Shown: positions 39,341 to 54,665 of the stretch, in pieces | Layout of the letters: each line of letters begins with the position of its first letter | Numbering within the stretch: the first letter of the stretch is position 1 | Source: Octopus vulgaris | Taxonomy: Eukaryota | Direction: 5' to 3' | NCBI GenBank assembly: GCA_951406725.2 | Contig: OX597815.1 | Coordinates: forward strand, 65,968,001-66,032,000 | Length of the DNA: 64,000 bases | The notes under the pieces: model-generated | Told to the model about the DNA's origin: nothing | Databases searched by the model: none | The model's input: the letters and a program-made list of their open reading frames with translations, nothing else | Position numbers and translations under genes: made by a program

Positions 39341-42026
39341 ACAGATTGAAATACAGTTAGATCTTGTGTCGAAAAGATTTTATCTCTTGAAATATGAAGA
39401 TATTAAGGTATTGTTAATGGTAGTTTTCAGACGTTTCGGTCAACCAACACTCACCCCAGTTATTACTGGCACTAAGCCACACTCAAAGAACAGGTCTGAA
39501 TTTATTCTATATGGTAGAAATTACATCTGTTAATTTGTCTTTGATCTTTCTTTCACTGAAATTAGGCCTTGTTGGGTGACAATAGATTTTTTAAAATTAT
39601 GTATGATGAAAATAATGCACTCGAGAGTTGGTAACCATTTCGACCGAACATCACTAATTTCAGGCATAAATTAATCTATCACATTTCATTACCATATCTC
39701 ACTCACACACATGAATACGTGCGCGCGCGTGTGTGTATGTACATGTGTGTGTGTGTGTGTGTGTACAAGTAAACACATACACAAGATTAAGGCTTTGATT
39801 TAATTTATATATCAGCCATATATTTATAACTACTAACAAGCTTTGAAGAGTGCACCGAATGACTAAGCCGACCTTTCAGGTGGTGGTGATGGTGGTGGTG
39901 TAAGCGATAGTGGTGGTATAAGAGGTGCTGTTATCAATTAATCATTTCAAGAGAACAAAGAAAATACCAACAACCGATATTCTATAGACGGGGGACAGCC
40001 ATTAAACAGATCTATTTCTGCATATAAGACTCCATTATTGAAGAGTGACATTATATGTACTTTAAAGACCCCCATTTAATATCGATGATTAGTTGACGTT
40101 CAACTTCTTTTCTTTCTTCTAACTGCCATTTTAGCATTTCTTTTGATTGATAATTAAATTATTTTTATTTTTATAAATACAATTATTTCAATTTCCTTTT
40201 AGTGTTTAGAGGGATTTTTTCATTTATTTTTATTTATTTACTTTGCCTTAATTCTGTGTAGCAAAGAAAGAAAAGAATCCCAGTAGATTATGCGTCAGAG
40301 TAGAAAACAACTGCATCCTCAGTGGTATCCATTAATGGGAGATTAGCGATATTAACTTCTAAAAATGATGAAACAGTAACTGATGTTCGCGCAGTAATTA
40401 TTAGTTAACGTACATGAAATAAAATAGTTACAACTTGCAGCGTTCTTTTGCTTTAGGGACATATAAGCGCGGGGTTGCGAATAAATGAAAAGGAAGTCGG
40501 GAATGTAGAAAAATGAACTTAGCTACTCTGAGAAAACGAAATGTATATATAAAAGCTGAAAAGTAGATTTTAGCTGTATGTTTGGCAGGTCAACACGCGA
40601 ATTCACATCAAGAATCTTGCAAACCATATACAAAAATGAAAAATAGTTTATTAAACGTAATTATTATAGATTTCTGTTTTTATTTCTCTACAGCACCATT
40701 TAGTTAATTTATGAAGATAGCCTCAGAAAAGTTGTCGAATATGTAAGGAACAACTGATAGTAAATGGAAGGATCTACATAGAAACGAAATGAACTCCACA
40801 AATGTCTACAACAATTTTAAAGCAATTAGTGTGTCTTAATAAAGTATCTTATTGTTTATAATATATGCTTTAAAATGGTAATTAAGTCAGTTTAATTAAT
40901 CTTGATAATCACAGGCTCCCTCATTGTTTCAGAAAGTATTATTTACAGTACATGTGTGGAATCACTGAACGTCTACAGAAATTATAAGGTTTTATGATTA
41001 TAAAATATACTATAAAATATGCTATAAAATGGTAATTAACTAGGTTTAATTAATCATTGTAGTCGAGTAAAATGATGATACATCTATAAATTGGATAAAT
41101 GTAGTTTCTCGTTTCTATATGGACCCTTCCGTTGTGTACCAGAAGTTACTGTTTATGCACAAGTTCCACAATGTTATCTGGTATAAACGTAGAAAATAAA
41201 GCACTTCTTTTATGTAAAAGTAATTGCAAATTAAAAACTCATTGTGAATAGTAAACAAAATATTATTTGAAAACTTGCCAAAGAGAAACTTATAAATTTA
41301 TGAATGAAGTTGTATGTTTGCTCAGTTACTTCTTCCTTTCACTTCATACGTTCAAGCATTTCTGCTGCTCTACTCTCCTAATTAAGAATAAATATTAATT
41401 TCTGAAACACAAGGACGTATATTTTGATAATGTAACAGTTCATTATATCGAACCAGTAATTTGACAAAAGGGTGCAAAATAATAATAATAATCCTTTCTA
41501 CTAAAGGCACAAGACCTGAAATTTTTGGGGAGGGGACTAGTTGATTACATCGACCCCCAGTGTTTCACTAGTACTTAATTTATGGACCTCGAAAGGATGG
41601 AAGGCAAAATCGACCTCCATGGAATTTGAACGCGAAAGGAGAAATGCCACTAAGCATTTTGCTAAAGCCTGTCTCTAGGTTAACGTCATACTCATATAAA
41701 ACCAGAATGGCATTGAATATTTTGGGGATCTTTTGCTAGAGAAAATAGCGCTCCCACATTCATGAACCTGGAACCCATATTGGCACTGAATATCTTGCTT
41801 TAGCTTGTCTCCAGATCATGTCAGTATGGTAGAGAGTGTCTGTGATATACTGAGCAAGCCCTACTTAGTAGGAGAGCGGCACGATGAGGATGGAAACCGC
41901 GGACATGAATCCGGGTGAAACCGACAGCTGATGCGCGAGCATGTATATATATATGTATGTGTGTGTATGTATGTATGTGTATATGTATATGTATGTATGC
42001 ATGTATGTATGTATGTATGGATAGAC

Positions 42027-42075
<49 letters not shown>

Positions 42076-42104
42076 TATAGATAGATAGATAGATAGATAG
42101 ATAT

Positions 42105-42257
42105 CGTGATTCCGGGTTCATTCCCACTGCGTGACACCTTCGGCGAGTGTCTTCTACTATAGCACTATAGCGTCGGGCCGATCAAAAGCCTTAAGTGAAT
42201 ATTTGGTCGACGGAAACTGAAAGAAGTCCGTTGTATATATATATATATATATATTAA

Positions 42258-42333
<76 letters not shown>

Positions 42334-42387
42334 TCTGTGTTTGTGTGTCCTCCCTCCACTATCGCTCGACGATTGATGTTGGTGTAC
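42105..42387 (+). mobile_element. SINE family B partial
   Basis: GGTTCATTCCCACTGCGTG...ACGGAAACTGAAAGAAG. Confidence 0.8.
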
Positions 42388-42994
42388 TGAATTCAATAAC
42401 TGAATTTTCGAAAGCAGAGGGCGTTAAAAAGTGAAATAAAACAAAATGGAAAGACACGAGAGTGACAGCAATAAAGGGAGATAAAAGAGAAATAGACTTC
42501 CTAAAACAGAAAATACAAAGTAATGCTGATGTGAATATGGAGAAGGGAAACAAAGCGAAGTCTTTTCAAAATAGAAGAAAAAACTCAAGAATGCAAGTAC
42601 AGGGAAGATAGTGGGAATTTAATGTGAATAAAGGGCAGTGGAGTGAAGGTAACTCGTGTAATAAGCATTATTGTGGGTTATAAGTTCTTTTGATGACTGA
42701 ATACTGAATAACTGGAGCATGTAGGTTGGGAAGGGAATGTTGTACACTGCACTCAAAGACTCACAGATTTCTTAATCTCCTGATCTCTGATGATTCAGAT
42801 CTAGATGATCACTGCAGAATTATTGCTTATAACAAACTATTTAGGTTTGAAACATTGACGGAAGCGGAAATATTAGATCGATCAATCGTTCGATCCAATA
42901 TAACGGTTACATTTATGTTCCGAACAAAGCTGTACAAAGACATCTGTCGATTTATCAACCTGTCTTTCTCCCCTCTTCCTCTCTCCTGTTCCTC

Positions 42995-43025
<31 letters not shown>

Positions 43026-43245
43026 TCCACTCCTTCCCTCTCCTCTTCCTCTCTCTCCTACACCCTTTCTCCTCCCTCCTTCTCCTTCTCTGTTTCACTC
43101 TTTCTCAAGTTCACTTTCTCATGTTATGTTTGTATTCAGAGGTGCCCGCGCATACACACATATGTGAGTGTGTGTGTGTGTGTGTGTATAAATATATATA
43201 AATAAAAAATGCACATTAAGTACAGGACATCACCAACGAGTGTAC

Positions 43246-43316
<71 letters not shown>

Positions 43317-43331
43317 TACATATATATATAT

Positions 43332-43653
43332 TGATATGGAGGTCAGTTCGGAAATAAGAGTGCTATGACCCACTTTTTGTGATTTGGCGTCAGGGAGACG
43401 GGTAGGCCTTTTGTCCTGTCGGTTTCTGGGGAAAGTTATGTATTCGGAAGAGACCTTTGGCCCTGTTCCGGTCAGGGAAAGTTCGAGAAACCACCCCTTT
43501 AAAATGCGACGCGCTGTGAGCTTGTCAGTCAGTTAGTCTGTCAGTCAGTCAGTCAGTCGTCAGTCGGGAACAGCCGGTCAATCGTCGTCGCTCGACTTGG
43601 TAAGATCCCGGGTTTCCGAAGAAGTTTGAGCGACAGCAGGTGGTAACGTAACA
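43332..43653 (+). mobile_element. Probable solo LTR
   Basis: TG...CA termini (TGATATG / CGTAACA), ATAT flanks, TTTAAAA followed by (CAGT)n; GC-richer than surroundings. Confidence 0.45.
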
Positions 43654-43664
43654 ATATATAAATA

Positions 43665-44946
43665 TTAGGTTGTCAAGAAAGTTCTTGCGGTTTTTAACCT
43701 TTAAATTCAGATGCACATATCTCGGCTCATACAAAACTTTATTAATCGAAATCAGAATCAGAATCAACACACTTTTGCCAACCCGAAACAAGTTTATTTA
43801 TGCTAGTAGCGTAAAAATCCTGCGTTCTGGTGGCGATGAAGTTGTTGAAGGTGTGTTAGGTATCGCCTTGGTTTTTGAAGCATTTCTCACGCAGGAAGTT
43901 GTCGAGATGCTTGAAAAAGTGGTAGTCGGTAGGTGAGAGGTCTGGTGAGTATGGCGGATGAGGCAGAGTTTCGTAGCCCAATTCGTTCAACTTCTGCAGG
44001 GTCAGTTGTGCGTCGTGCGGCCGAGCGTTGTCGTGGTGAAGAACTGGTGCTTTGCTATTGACCAGTGCTGGCTGTTGTTGTCGGAGTTTCTTATGCAGTT
44101 CATCCATTTGCTGATAGTACTTCTCTACCGTAATGGTTTTGCCTGGATCCAAAAAGCTGTGGTGGATGAGACCGGCCGCAGACCACCAAACAGTCACCAT
44201 GACCTTCTTTTGGTGCAACTTTGGCTTCGGGAAGTGCGGTGGAGCTTCGTCGGCGTCCAACCACTGAGCTGAGCGTCGCCGGTTGTTGTAAAGAATCCCC
44301 TTTTCATCGCAAGACGCAATCCGGTTGAGAAACGGGTCGTTCTTGTTGCGTAAAAGAAAGGATGACGACACTTCAAAACGGCGTTTTTTTTTTTGGGGGG
44401 GGGGTCTTTTTTTCTTTTTGGTTGTTCAATTCGTGCGGCACCCATTTCTCAAGTATTTTTGTTTTTCCAATCTCTTTCAAGTGGTTGGAAATTGTCGTAT
44501 ACGTTACCTCTTATTCAGAAGCAAGCTCTGGAACAGTTGTGCGTGGATTGGCTTCAACTAAGGCTCCTAGTTGATCGTTGTCAATATCCGATGGCCGACC
44601 ACTACGCTTATCATCTTCATGACTCTCGTCACCGCTACGAAAATTTCTTGAACCACCAATGTGCTGTACGTTCATTAATGGTTCCTGGGCCAAACGCATC
44701 GTTGATATCGCGAGCTGTTTCAGTAGCTTTTCGGCCTAGCTTGAACTGGAATAAGAAAATTTTGCGAATTTGCTTTTCGTCTATGTTGTATTCAACGTTC
44801 CGGAAAAATGGCCATATTATTCAAAAAGAAAAAGAATAACACGATTAGATAGAGCGAAAGACAGGCTTTAAAATGATGTATAAAGTCAAAGTAATTTAAC
44901 GAATATTAATTTGAAAATACATCATTTAAAATTCTTGACACCCTAA
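43665..44946 (-). mobile_element. Full-length (~1.28 kb) decayed mariner
   Basis: TIRs TTAGG(T/G)TGTCAAGAA with TA flanks; SCDEK, HHDNARPH, YSPDLSPTDY; frameshifts near 44380-44420. Confidence 0.93.
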
Positions 44947-45182
44947 TACATATATATGTGTTTATATATATACATATGTATATATATCTACACATATGTA
45001 TACATGCATATATGCATATATATGCATATATGCATGTCGTGCTGAGGTACCGCCTTGATTGATTTAGTCGAACAAATCGACTCCAGTACATATTTTTTAA
45101 AGTCTGTGGTACTATTTTGTCGTTGTCTTTTGCCGAACTGCTAAGTTACGGGGACGTAAACAAACCATCACAAACCAAGTTC

Positions 45183-45299
<117 letters not shown>

Positions 45300-45339
45300 T
45301 AGATATAGATATATAGATATATAGATATATACGGGTGGG

Positions 45340-45850
45340 TGTGATTGTGTATAGAAGAATATATTAATAAAAGGAATGTCAACCTTGTCTGATTTTCACA
45401 TTTTATTTACAATCTCACAATGATATAATATAAGATAAAATAATAGAATAAAATAAAATAGTAGAATGTTAAATGTTCATTCTGATTGAACTAGTACTTT
45501 CATGCATTAAATTCTGCAATCTTCAGGTTCATGTAGTAGTGGTGACAGTCATGCTTCACAATTTTTGACTGTAGCGAGATGGTTAAATATGTGCCTTAAA
45601 TGCACCTGTGTGGGCTCCAGATTGCTAGGTTTTTCAAACTGTATTCTGACCAATCAGTGTGTAGCATCACTCAATTACTTAAGCTGATCGGTTGGTTTAG
45701 GCGTCACGCTTTGTTGAACATGTGAAGAGTCCTGTATCTTAACCCTGGCCGAGGCAGCAATTGTTGGGCTATTTTTTAGAAATGTTGTAAATAGCCTTTG
45801 TCAGGGATTTTTATATTTCAATTGTCATCATAATCATTGTCAGCACCTTA
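45340..45850 (-). mobile_element. Non-coding PLE-type 3' end with HHR
   Basis: HHR plus tail homologous to 5950-6020; 5' boundary approximate. Confidence 0.6.
45487..45531 (-). ncRNA. Type I hammerhead, canonical core, palindromic helix III
   Basis: TGAAC-CTGAAGA-TTGCA gaatttaa TGCAT-GAAAGTACTA-GTTCA. Confidence 0.8.
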
Positions 45851-46119
45851 ATTATTGTTGCTAGTGGTGATGGTGGTGGCAATAGAACTTTTAAGCCTAA
45901 ATAAGATAATTTTCCTGCTATCTTCATCTTGATCACCTTTAGTATTGTTGTTGTTGTTAGTGGTCATGGTCGTAGCAGTAGAAGTTGCACCTCTGTATGT
46001 ATGTGTGTATGTATGTATGTATGTATGTATGTATGTATGTATGTATGTATGTATGTATGTATGTATGTATGTATGTATGTATGTATGTATGTGTGTGCGT
46101 TTGTATGCATATATATACA

Positions 46120-46150
<31 letters not shown>

Positions 46151-46195
46151 CCATATATACATATACATGTATATACATATATATATATATTCTTT

Positions 46196-46402
46196 TATTA
46201 TTTTATTCTTTTACTTGTTTCAGTCATTTGACTGCGGCCATGCTGGAGCACCGTCTTTTCGTAGAATAAATCAACCCTTGGACTTATTCTATGTAAGCTT
46301 AGTATTTAATCTATCGGTCTCTTTTGCAGAAACGCTATGTTACGGGATCGTAAACACACCAACATCGGTTGTCGATCGATCGTGGGGGACAAACACACAC
46401 AC

Positions 46403-46476
<74 letters not shown>

Positions 46477-46477
46477 G

Positions 46478-46525
<48 letters not shown>

Positions 46526-46721
46526 TAATTTTAATTTTAGATTTTAAAATATATATACGACAAGCTTCTTTCAGTTTCTGTCTACCAAATCCACTCACAA
46601 GGCTTTGGTCGGCTCGAGACTTTAGTAGAAGACACTTGCCCAAGGTGCCACGCAGTAGGACTGAACCCGGAACTATATGGTTGGGAAGCAAGCTTCTTAC
46701 CACACACCCGCGCCTACGCCT
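46196..46721 (-). mobile_element. Full SINE family B with internal (TA)n
   Basis: tRNA-like head, central microsatellite, (TAAAAGAA) tail; tail fragments also at ~3370, 17330, 23085, 24370, 45040, 58260, 63890. Confidence 0.88.
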
Positions 46722-47192
46722 ATATATATAGTTATGGTATATTCTGTAAAGAACGTAGTAGATTACAATATAGAGTTCGTCCACCTTCAGATTTTCCCTG
46801 TGCTATCCTGTAGTAGTATTATACGTGTTTCGAGGATTGTGTTATTGGTTATTCCCCAATATCCTAAATTCTCTCACGTCCCTCTAAGATTTATTAGTAA
46901 CAGGTAAATGAAAGGAAACATAGGCCGTTAAGTCGACAGGCTATCTTTGAAGGCTTGTGTGCAACCTTCTAGAAGTGACAAGTTTGTATTTATAAATACT
47001 GCATTTGACAGCATACAAGACGTACATTTCCGCGCCAAAAAATACCTCAAAAATCACATCTGATCATATATGCGAATTTTCTCCAATGTTACATATTTTA
47101 ATCATTAATTTCTTTATTTTTCTCTTCGATATGTGCTGCTGAAATTGGGATCAATGTTTAAATTCCCGACCGCGTCTTTGCCATCAGATACT

Positions 47193-48021
<829 letters not shown>

Positions 48022-48523
48022 TACGGTAAATTTTTTTTATATTATAGATCTTAATAAATCTAAAGCATGTCTGTAAATTCTGGAACAATTTAAATATTTA
48101 AGAATGAGTAATATATTGTATTTTTTTAATCTAATGGCGGTGCCCCAGCATGGTCACAGCTCGTGAGCTGAAACTAGATAAAATAAATTTTTTTTTAAAT
48201 ATTATTATTTCTAATTAAATTTACAATACTCTCTGCACTAAAGATGCTAACATAGTATGAATAAATATATCTAAACAGTTTTCTGATGTCGTGGATGCAT
48301 TTCATGACTTTATTTTTTATAGTTTTATTTATGTATTTATTTATTCATTGTTATTGCAAATTTAACAAAGAACTCTGAAAAAAATTATCAACATCTTTTA
48401 TAGTGCCACAGAAGTACATGTGACCTGAGCAATAAAAATGTTTAATGTTTATGTTGGAAATTTCGGTCCAGATCTTCCAGTAATTGATCGATGCTCCCAG
48501 TACTCTTTCCTCTCCCTCTCTCA

Positions 48524-48600
<77 letters not shown>

Positions 48601-48841
48601 TCTTTATTGGTTCACACTCAACGCTACTTTAAAGTAAATTAATTTGTTATAACATCGAGTCTAAGCGCGTTTTAGAATACACAAAATGTATTTGAAAATA
48701 TATACAAACACTTGTGTATGCGCACGCACACACACACACAAATATATATAAACATACGTGTATGTATGTGTGAATGTATGTATGTATGTACGCACGTATA
48801 TATGTATGTATGTGTGTATGTATGCATGCATGTATGTATGC

Positions 48842-48872
<31 letters not shown>

Positions 48873-49142
48873 TGTATGTATGTATGTGTGTGGTTTATGT
48901 GTGTGGTTTAATATTTAGGGGTGATTCACCATGTTTGGAAAATTGTGGTTTCGGTTCCTGATCTGGGCAATGCGTTGTGTTTATAAGCAAAACATTTCAT
49001 TTTTTGTCGCTCCAGTCCACTCAGCTGGCAAAAACAGGGTAATCCTGTGTCCTGTCCAGGGATGGGGAATGTATACGTCTCAGAATCCGGGAAAACGTCC
49101 TTATCAGTCTATGGCTTGGGAAGGAGTATTGTTCCTTTTGAT

Positions 49143-49183
<41 letters not shown>

Positions 49184-49312
49184 GCATGCATGCATATAAA
49201 TTATTGGTAATAAGAAGTAGAGGCCACTCACGATACCTTTAAAGCCAGGAAATATTTACGCAGAGCATTTTTATATATATCGTATTACGAATATATGAAT
49301 TTCTATGTTATA

Positions 49313-49530
49313 TACGAGTGGGTGTTGATGGGTCCTGGTTTTGGGTAAAAGAAAATACAGGAGGATCAGTTAATTGTGATTTTATCCAACATATTCCCCT
49401 CTCAGATTCACACATTTATTACAGTGGTCCTTCAGTTTTTCGAAGCCCCATAAAAGAACTCAGAAATTTGGACCTCCCACCAGGTCTATCGCGACATCCT
49501 TAAAGCCGGGAACTTTTCAGCACCCGCTCG
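49313..49530 (-). mobile_element. Mariner-derived MITE
   Basis: TIR-like CGAGTGGGTGTTGA / TCAGCACCCGCTCG; encodes transposase tail KLKDHCNKCVNLRGEYV; second copy ~53795-53995. Confidence 0.75.
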
Positions 49531-49760
49531 AATATCTTTTTTCCCTTGTGAATACATTTATTGTTATATGATGCGCTTCTTTCATGAAATTACTTTTGGT
49601 TTGATACAGTTGCACTTCTGTATGATTAGATACATAGGTATTTGTCATCTCAGAGAATGATTTACTATACCTCTAATCTCACAAATAGCAGTCGTGCATT
49701 TAACTGTGCCCATAAGAATTGCAATAGATGCAATAGATATACACACACGCATGTGGCAAC

Positions 49761-49808
<48 letters not shown>

Positions 49809-49810
<2 letters not shown>

Positions 49811-50159
49811 GTAAATATAATATGTGACAATTATTCGGTAGCCACGATAAAACTCTGAGTTTCGGATGCCGAGGTGGAAATCCACACCACCATCTCTCCA
49901 GTTATCCGGCCATTGGAAAAACGCTATGGAAAAAGACCGTTATACAAAGGAGGGAAATTACTCTTTGTATAACGGTCTTTTTTCATAGTGCTTTTCCGAT
50001 GGCCGAATAACTGAAGAGATGGTGGTGTGGATTTCCACCTCGGCATCCGAAACTCAGAGTTTTTTCTTATTTACATAATATTGAGGTCTGTTTCTTATTT
50101 TCTTATTTACATAATATTGAGGTCTCTTTCTTTCTTTGTTATCTTAACGTTTTTTACCA

Positions 50160-50161
<2 letters not shown>
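49809..50161. mobile_element. Fold-back PLE-type insertion in (TA)n with HHR pair (49846-49906 -, 50006-50066 +)
   Basis: Arms ~49849-49948 / ~49963-50065; (G)ATAA-CTGAAGA-GATG...CATCC-GAAACTCAGAGTT-TTATC; tail also solo at ~22546-22608. Confidence 0.8.
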
Positions 50162-50223
<62 letters not shown>

Positions 50224-50374
50224 TTAAATTTAAAATAATAACGTTTGAGATACTGCAACAGACTAAGTAGAAGAAAATATGTTTAGTTATTTGTGTTTGC
50301 GCATGTGTTAATAATCTTATTTAGATATAATAATAATAAAATGAAGTATATAAAGAATATTAAAATATAAAATA

Positions 50375-51944
50375 CTAGCAGTATCGCCCGGCGTTGCTCG
50401 GGTTTGTTTCGACCCGCTGGAATTGTAATTTTGAAAAGTAAAAATTTTGTGAACATTTTTCTGGTCGAAATATACCGAAAAGTGGCGACACAGCAGTGAA
50501 AAAATCGTAAAAAATAAGGATTTTCATAGAAAAAAGCAGCTTTTTGATGTAAATAATTTTTGGTGTTAACATGGTCCGATTTGAATTTTATGTTCTACGG
50601 AAGGAAGAGCAACCCTTCTTCTATCATACTCTCAATTTTGGTCAACTTGCGCCGCAGGGTCTCGGAGGAGATAGTGTTAGTTGAAGGTTACCAAACGTGG
50701 CGCACACAGACAACTTTAGCTTTATTTAGAGATAACACACACACATTAATACACATACATAGACACACACATGTATGTATGGATGTATATATGTACATCT
50801 GTCCACTTCTTGCAATATTTTTATCCTTCACTTCCTACAGACACACACACACACCTTATTAGCTTACAATTTCTTTCTGTCAACAATTGACAACAGAAGT
50901 ATGCTCGCCAATTAATACTACCAAAATTTAACGACAGAAAGTAAATTAAAAACCAATTTACCTTTTCTGTATTGTTATGGCAATCCGACCGTCGGTGTGT
51001 TTTTGCAAATGTGTTCGAATGAGAAGTGAGTTGTGTTTGGCGCCTTTTTTACTAATAACAAACACACACGTGTGTGTGTGTTTGAGTGTTTGTATGTAGT
51101 TGTTTGAAACGTTTGTGTTTGTCACTGTCATATATGTATGTGTATGCGTGTGTGTGAGGAATGGCAAACCAGATAGATAGCGCGCGAAGTTCTTTTGAAG
51201 TTCGCGCTCCGCTTGTGTGTGTGTGTGTGCGTGCTTTAGGTACACAGCACAACATTACTCTCTCTGTCTCTTTACACACACTATCAAAAGCACTTCACTT
51301 ACACACCACACTTTCTGTGTCGCACATCCCATCAAACACACACACACACACTCACGCACGCACACATGTACATCAATGCTTTCGGAGTGAAATGTTAAAA
51401 TATTGAGTTTTCTCGAATTTTGTCTTAATTGGGGGTGAAATTGAAAGAAATTTTGTATGGCATGACCGAATGGAAGTACTTGTAAAAATCATAGGTAAAC
51501 TGTAATTGAAGAAATTGTGTGAGGAGTAAATAGTTATGTATTTATTTGTTTCTGTTTGCTGTTTTTTTTTGAGTAGTGGTTTAAGGTACACTTCTCTCGT
51601 TTTATAGAAATACTTTCACTTTAATCGTTGCACACTTGCAAAGACAAAGGAGGAGAAATTAGGGTGATAGCGTGATTGAAGCAAATCGCTCCGTTTTTGT
51701 GTGTGTGTGTGTGTGCGTGTGCTGTAGCCCACACTAAGAAAAGCACTTCACTTACACACCACAATGTGAGTTTTCTTTAAATTTTGCTTAATTGGGGTTG
51801 AAATTTTAAAAACCGAACCTGGCACGACCCGATGCATTCTACTCTTAAAAATGCTAGGTAAATTGTAATTGAAGAAATCCTATATTGTAGATTTCGATAA
51901 GAGACAAAGGGTGGCAGATAAAATCTGCCTTTTATAATAAGAGA
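50375..51944 (-). mobile_element. Helitron-derived region (element 50375-50732 plus second 5' end at 51944)
   Basis: 3' hairpin+CTAG identical to 22148; TC-starting 5' ends at 50732 and 51944. Confidence 0.7.
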
Positions 51945-51993
51945 TATATATATCAATACTTATATACATATATATATAAATACATACATACAT

Positions 51994-52117
<124 letters not shown>

Positions 52118-52186
52118 AGAGAGACTGAGAGACATTGTATGTGTGAATACAGACAGACAGACACACACACAGATACACAGACATAA

Positions 52187-52223
<37 letters not shown>

Positions 52224-52224
52224 T

Positions 52225-52290
<66 letters not shown>

Positions 52291-52680
52291 CATATAACGC
52301 TAGAGAGGTACTGATGAATATAAAAACTTTGCCAGTCGCTGTTATATCTAAACGGAAAGATCACAAAATGGAAAACAGGGGAATCAGTGCAATGAAATAG
52401 TTACAATATTAACAATGTAGAGCAGTGGTGGTAGCTAACAGGATGGAGACCATTGTTGTTGTATAATGGTTTGGTTGGTTGAGTTGAGTGGAACAATTGA
52501 TGCTGATGAGGTCGAGAGATGAGAGAAGGTGAGAGAGGTGACATTAGGAATGGAGATAGTTGAATAAATGGTTATTGTGTGCGTGTGTATGCGTGAGTGT
52601 TTGTGTGAGTGTGTGCGTGTGTGAGTGTTTTTATGCATGTGTGCGTGTGTCTTTGCGCGCATCTTTGTGTGTATGTATGT

Positions 52681-52724
<44 letters not shown>

Positions 52725-52997
52725 ATGTGCGTATGTGTGTGTGTGTGTCAGAGATATAAAAGCAGGCAGAAGAATGAATTACGAGGTAGAAGGAAAGAAA
52801 AAAGGATATGTGTGCGTGTATGTATGTGTATGTATGTATGCATGTATGTATGTATGTATGTGGAGTGAGAAAGAGAGAGGTACGCACACCAACACACACA
52901 CACACACACACACATATGTGTATACATGTGTATAAATGTGTGCATACATGTATATATATACGCATGTGAGTGTGTGTATACATATATGACTCTGTGT

Positions 52998-53069
<72 letters not shown>

Positions 53070-54442
53070 ATGTGTGTGTGTCTCTGTGTACAATTTGCAT
53101 ATGCAGAGACCGATCGACGAACATGTAGAAAGAGTGAAAGGGAGATTAAAACCAGAAGAGATTGTTAGAGAGGAATAATTCAGCGACAAAGACGCTGTGG
53201 ACGAAACTCCTCCATCTACACGACAACTTTACCACTGTCCATTCGAGGGCAGGGGCTGAGACGGAGAGCCCTTCGGCCTCCTGGTCTGCTTCTGGATCTG
53301 TTCTCTAGAAATTCAAGTGCACCAAGTGATAGTTCCTTGGAACAGGTAAATTTTTCAAAGACTTGTGGTCAATGATTCTTCTTCTGTCCTCTTTTCTTTG
53401 ACTCTTGCTGCTACTGAAATTATAAAGCCCTCTAGTTGATTCCATTACTAAGTCTATAGCAAATGTGTCTTTTGCACCACCAATATCAATCTCATGTCTC
53501 TTGTCTCCTCACCTTCTACTCGGCACAGTCCGGTATAGCCTTGTAGTGCTCAGGGTTTATTTGGACCGGTGGTGTAGCTAGAGTGTTTACCACCCGTCGG
53601 AGCCTTTGAGTTTTACATCCCTCCACCAGTTTCTACAGGCTTATACAGACGACCCGAAAGTGCTGCCATAATAAAAGCGTTGCCTGAGAGCGAGGACCGC
53701 TCATAGTAACCCCCAGTCTACCTACACTAGTGATCAGGATTTGGCTGTCCATTCTAAACCAGACTGACAACATGGTAAACACATCACCTAGGAGGAGCCG
53801 CTGAAACGTTCCTGGCTTTGGGTAAAAGAAAATACAGGATGATCAATTTATCATGATTTTATTCAACATATTCCTCTCTCAGAATTCACACACTTATATT
53901 GCAGCGGTCCTTCACATTTTTCTGAGTCCTGTAAAAGAACTCGGAAAGTCGGGCCTCCAACCTTTAAAGTTAAGAACTTTTCAGCACCCCGTCACTACTT
54001 CAACGCCTTTACTTCTTGCATACTACACCAACCCAGATATACCTAATACACTCACTCCTCCTACTCCTACTCCTCCCAGTTCCCTCTGATTTTTACACAT
54101 ATTGATCCCGCACTCCCTAGGCCTTGCATTAATCACATTTATCAATCTTTCGTCTCCAGAGTGATAATCGTTAATAATTATTCTGCTCCACCACGATTTT
54201 CCTATCAATGTCACCTAACGGCAATTTAAGTTGACCATAAACTGTGCAGGTCTCACTGCTGTCAGAAGATTTATAAAAACCATAGATACAACCTCCTTCT
54301 CATGACAATTAAAAAAATTACTTGACTGGCTCACCTACCAAGCTTCAAATAGGCATCAATGCAAGAAAAGGGATGATTGTATAAGAGCTGAGCTTGAGTT
54401 ATTCTTTGTACTGAAGGAAAATAATCATAAGTTAACTGTGTA

Positions 54443-54665
54443 GAAGCGCGCCCTAGTGGTTAGCATGTTGCACTCGTAATCACAAGACTGTGCTTTCGAT
54501 TCATGTACCGGGCGGAGCGTTGTCTTCTTGAGTAAAACACTCCATTTCACATTGCTCCTGTCCATTCAGCTGTAAATGAGTAACCCTGCGACGGACTGAT
54601 GCTTTGTTCAATGAGAGTATTCTGATCTTTGTCACTTATTAATACGCCATGGAAACCGAGTAACC
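54443..54665 (+). mobile_element. SINE family C relative, diverged
   Basis: TAGTGGTTAG, TTCGATTC, TTGAGTAAAACACT. Confidence 0.65.

Noticed and set aside
40676-41200. Very diverged inverted and direct repeats
   Set aside because: Too decayed to classify; no HHR or clear termini
42783-42800. CTGATGA matches (also ~52311, ~52503)
   Set aside because: No helix II, GAAA or helix I partner
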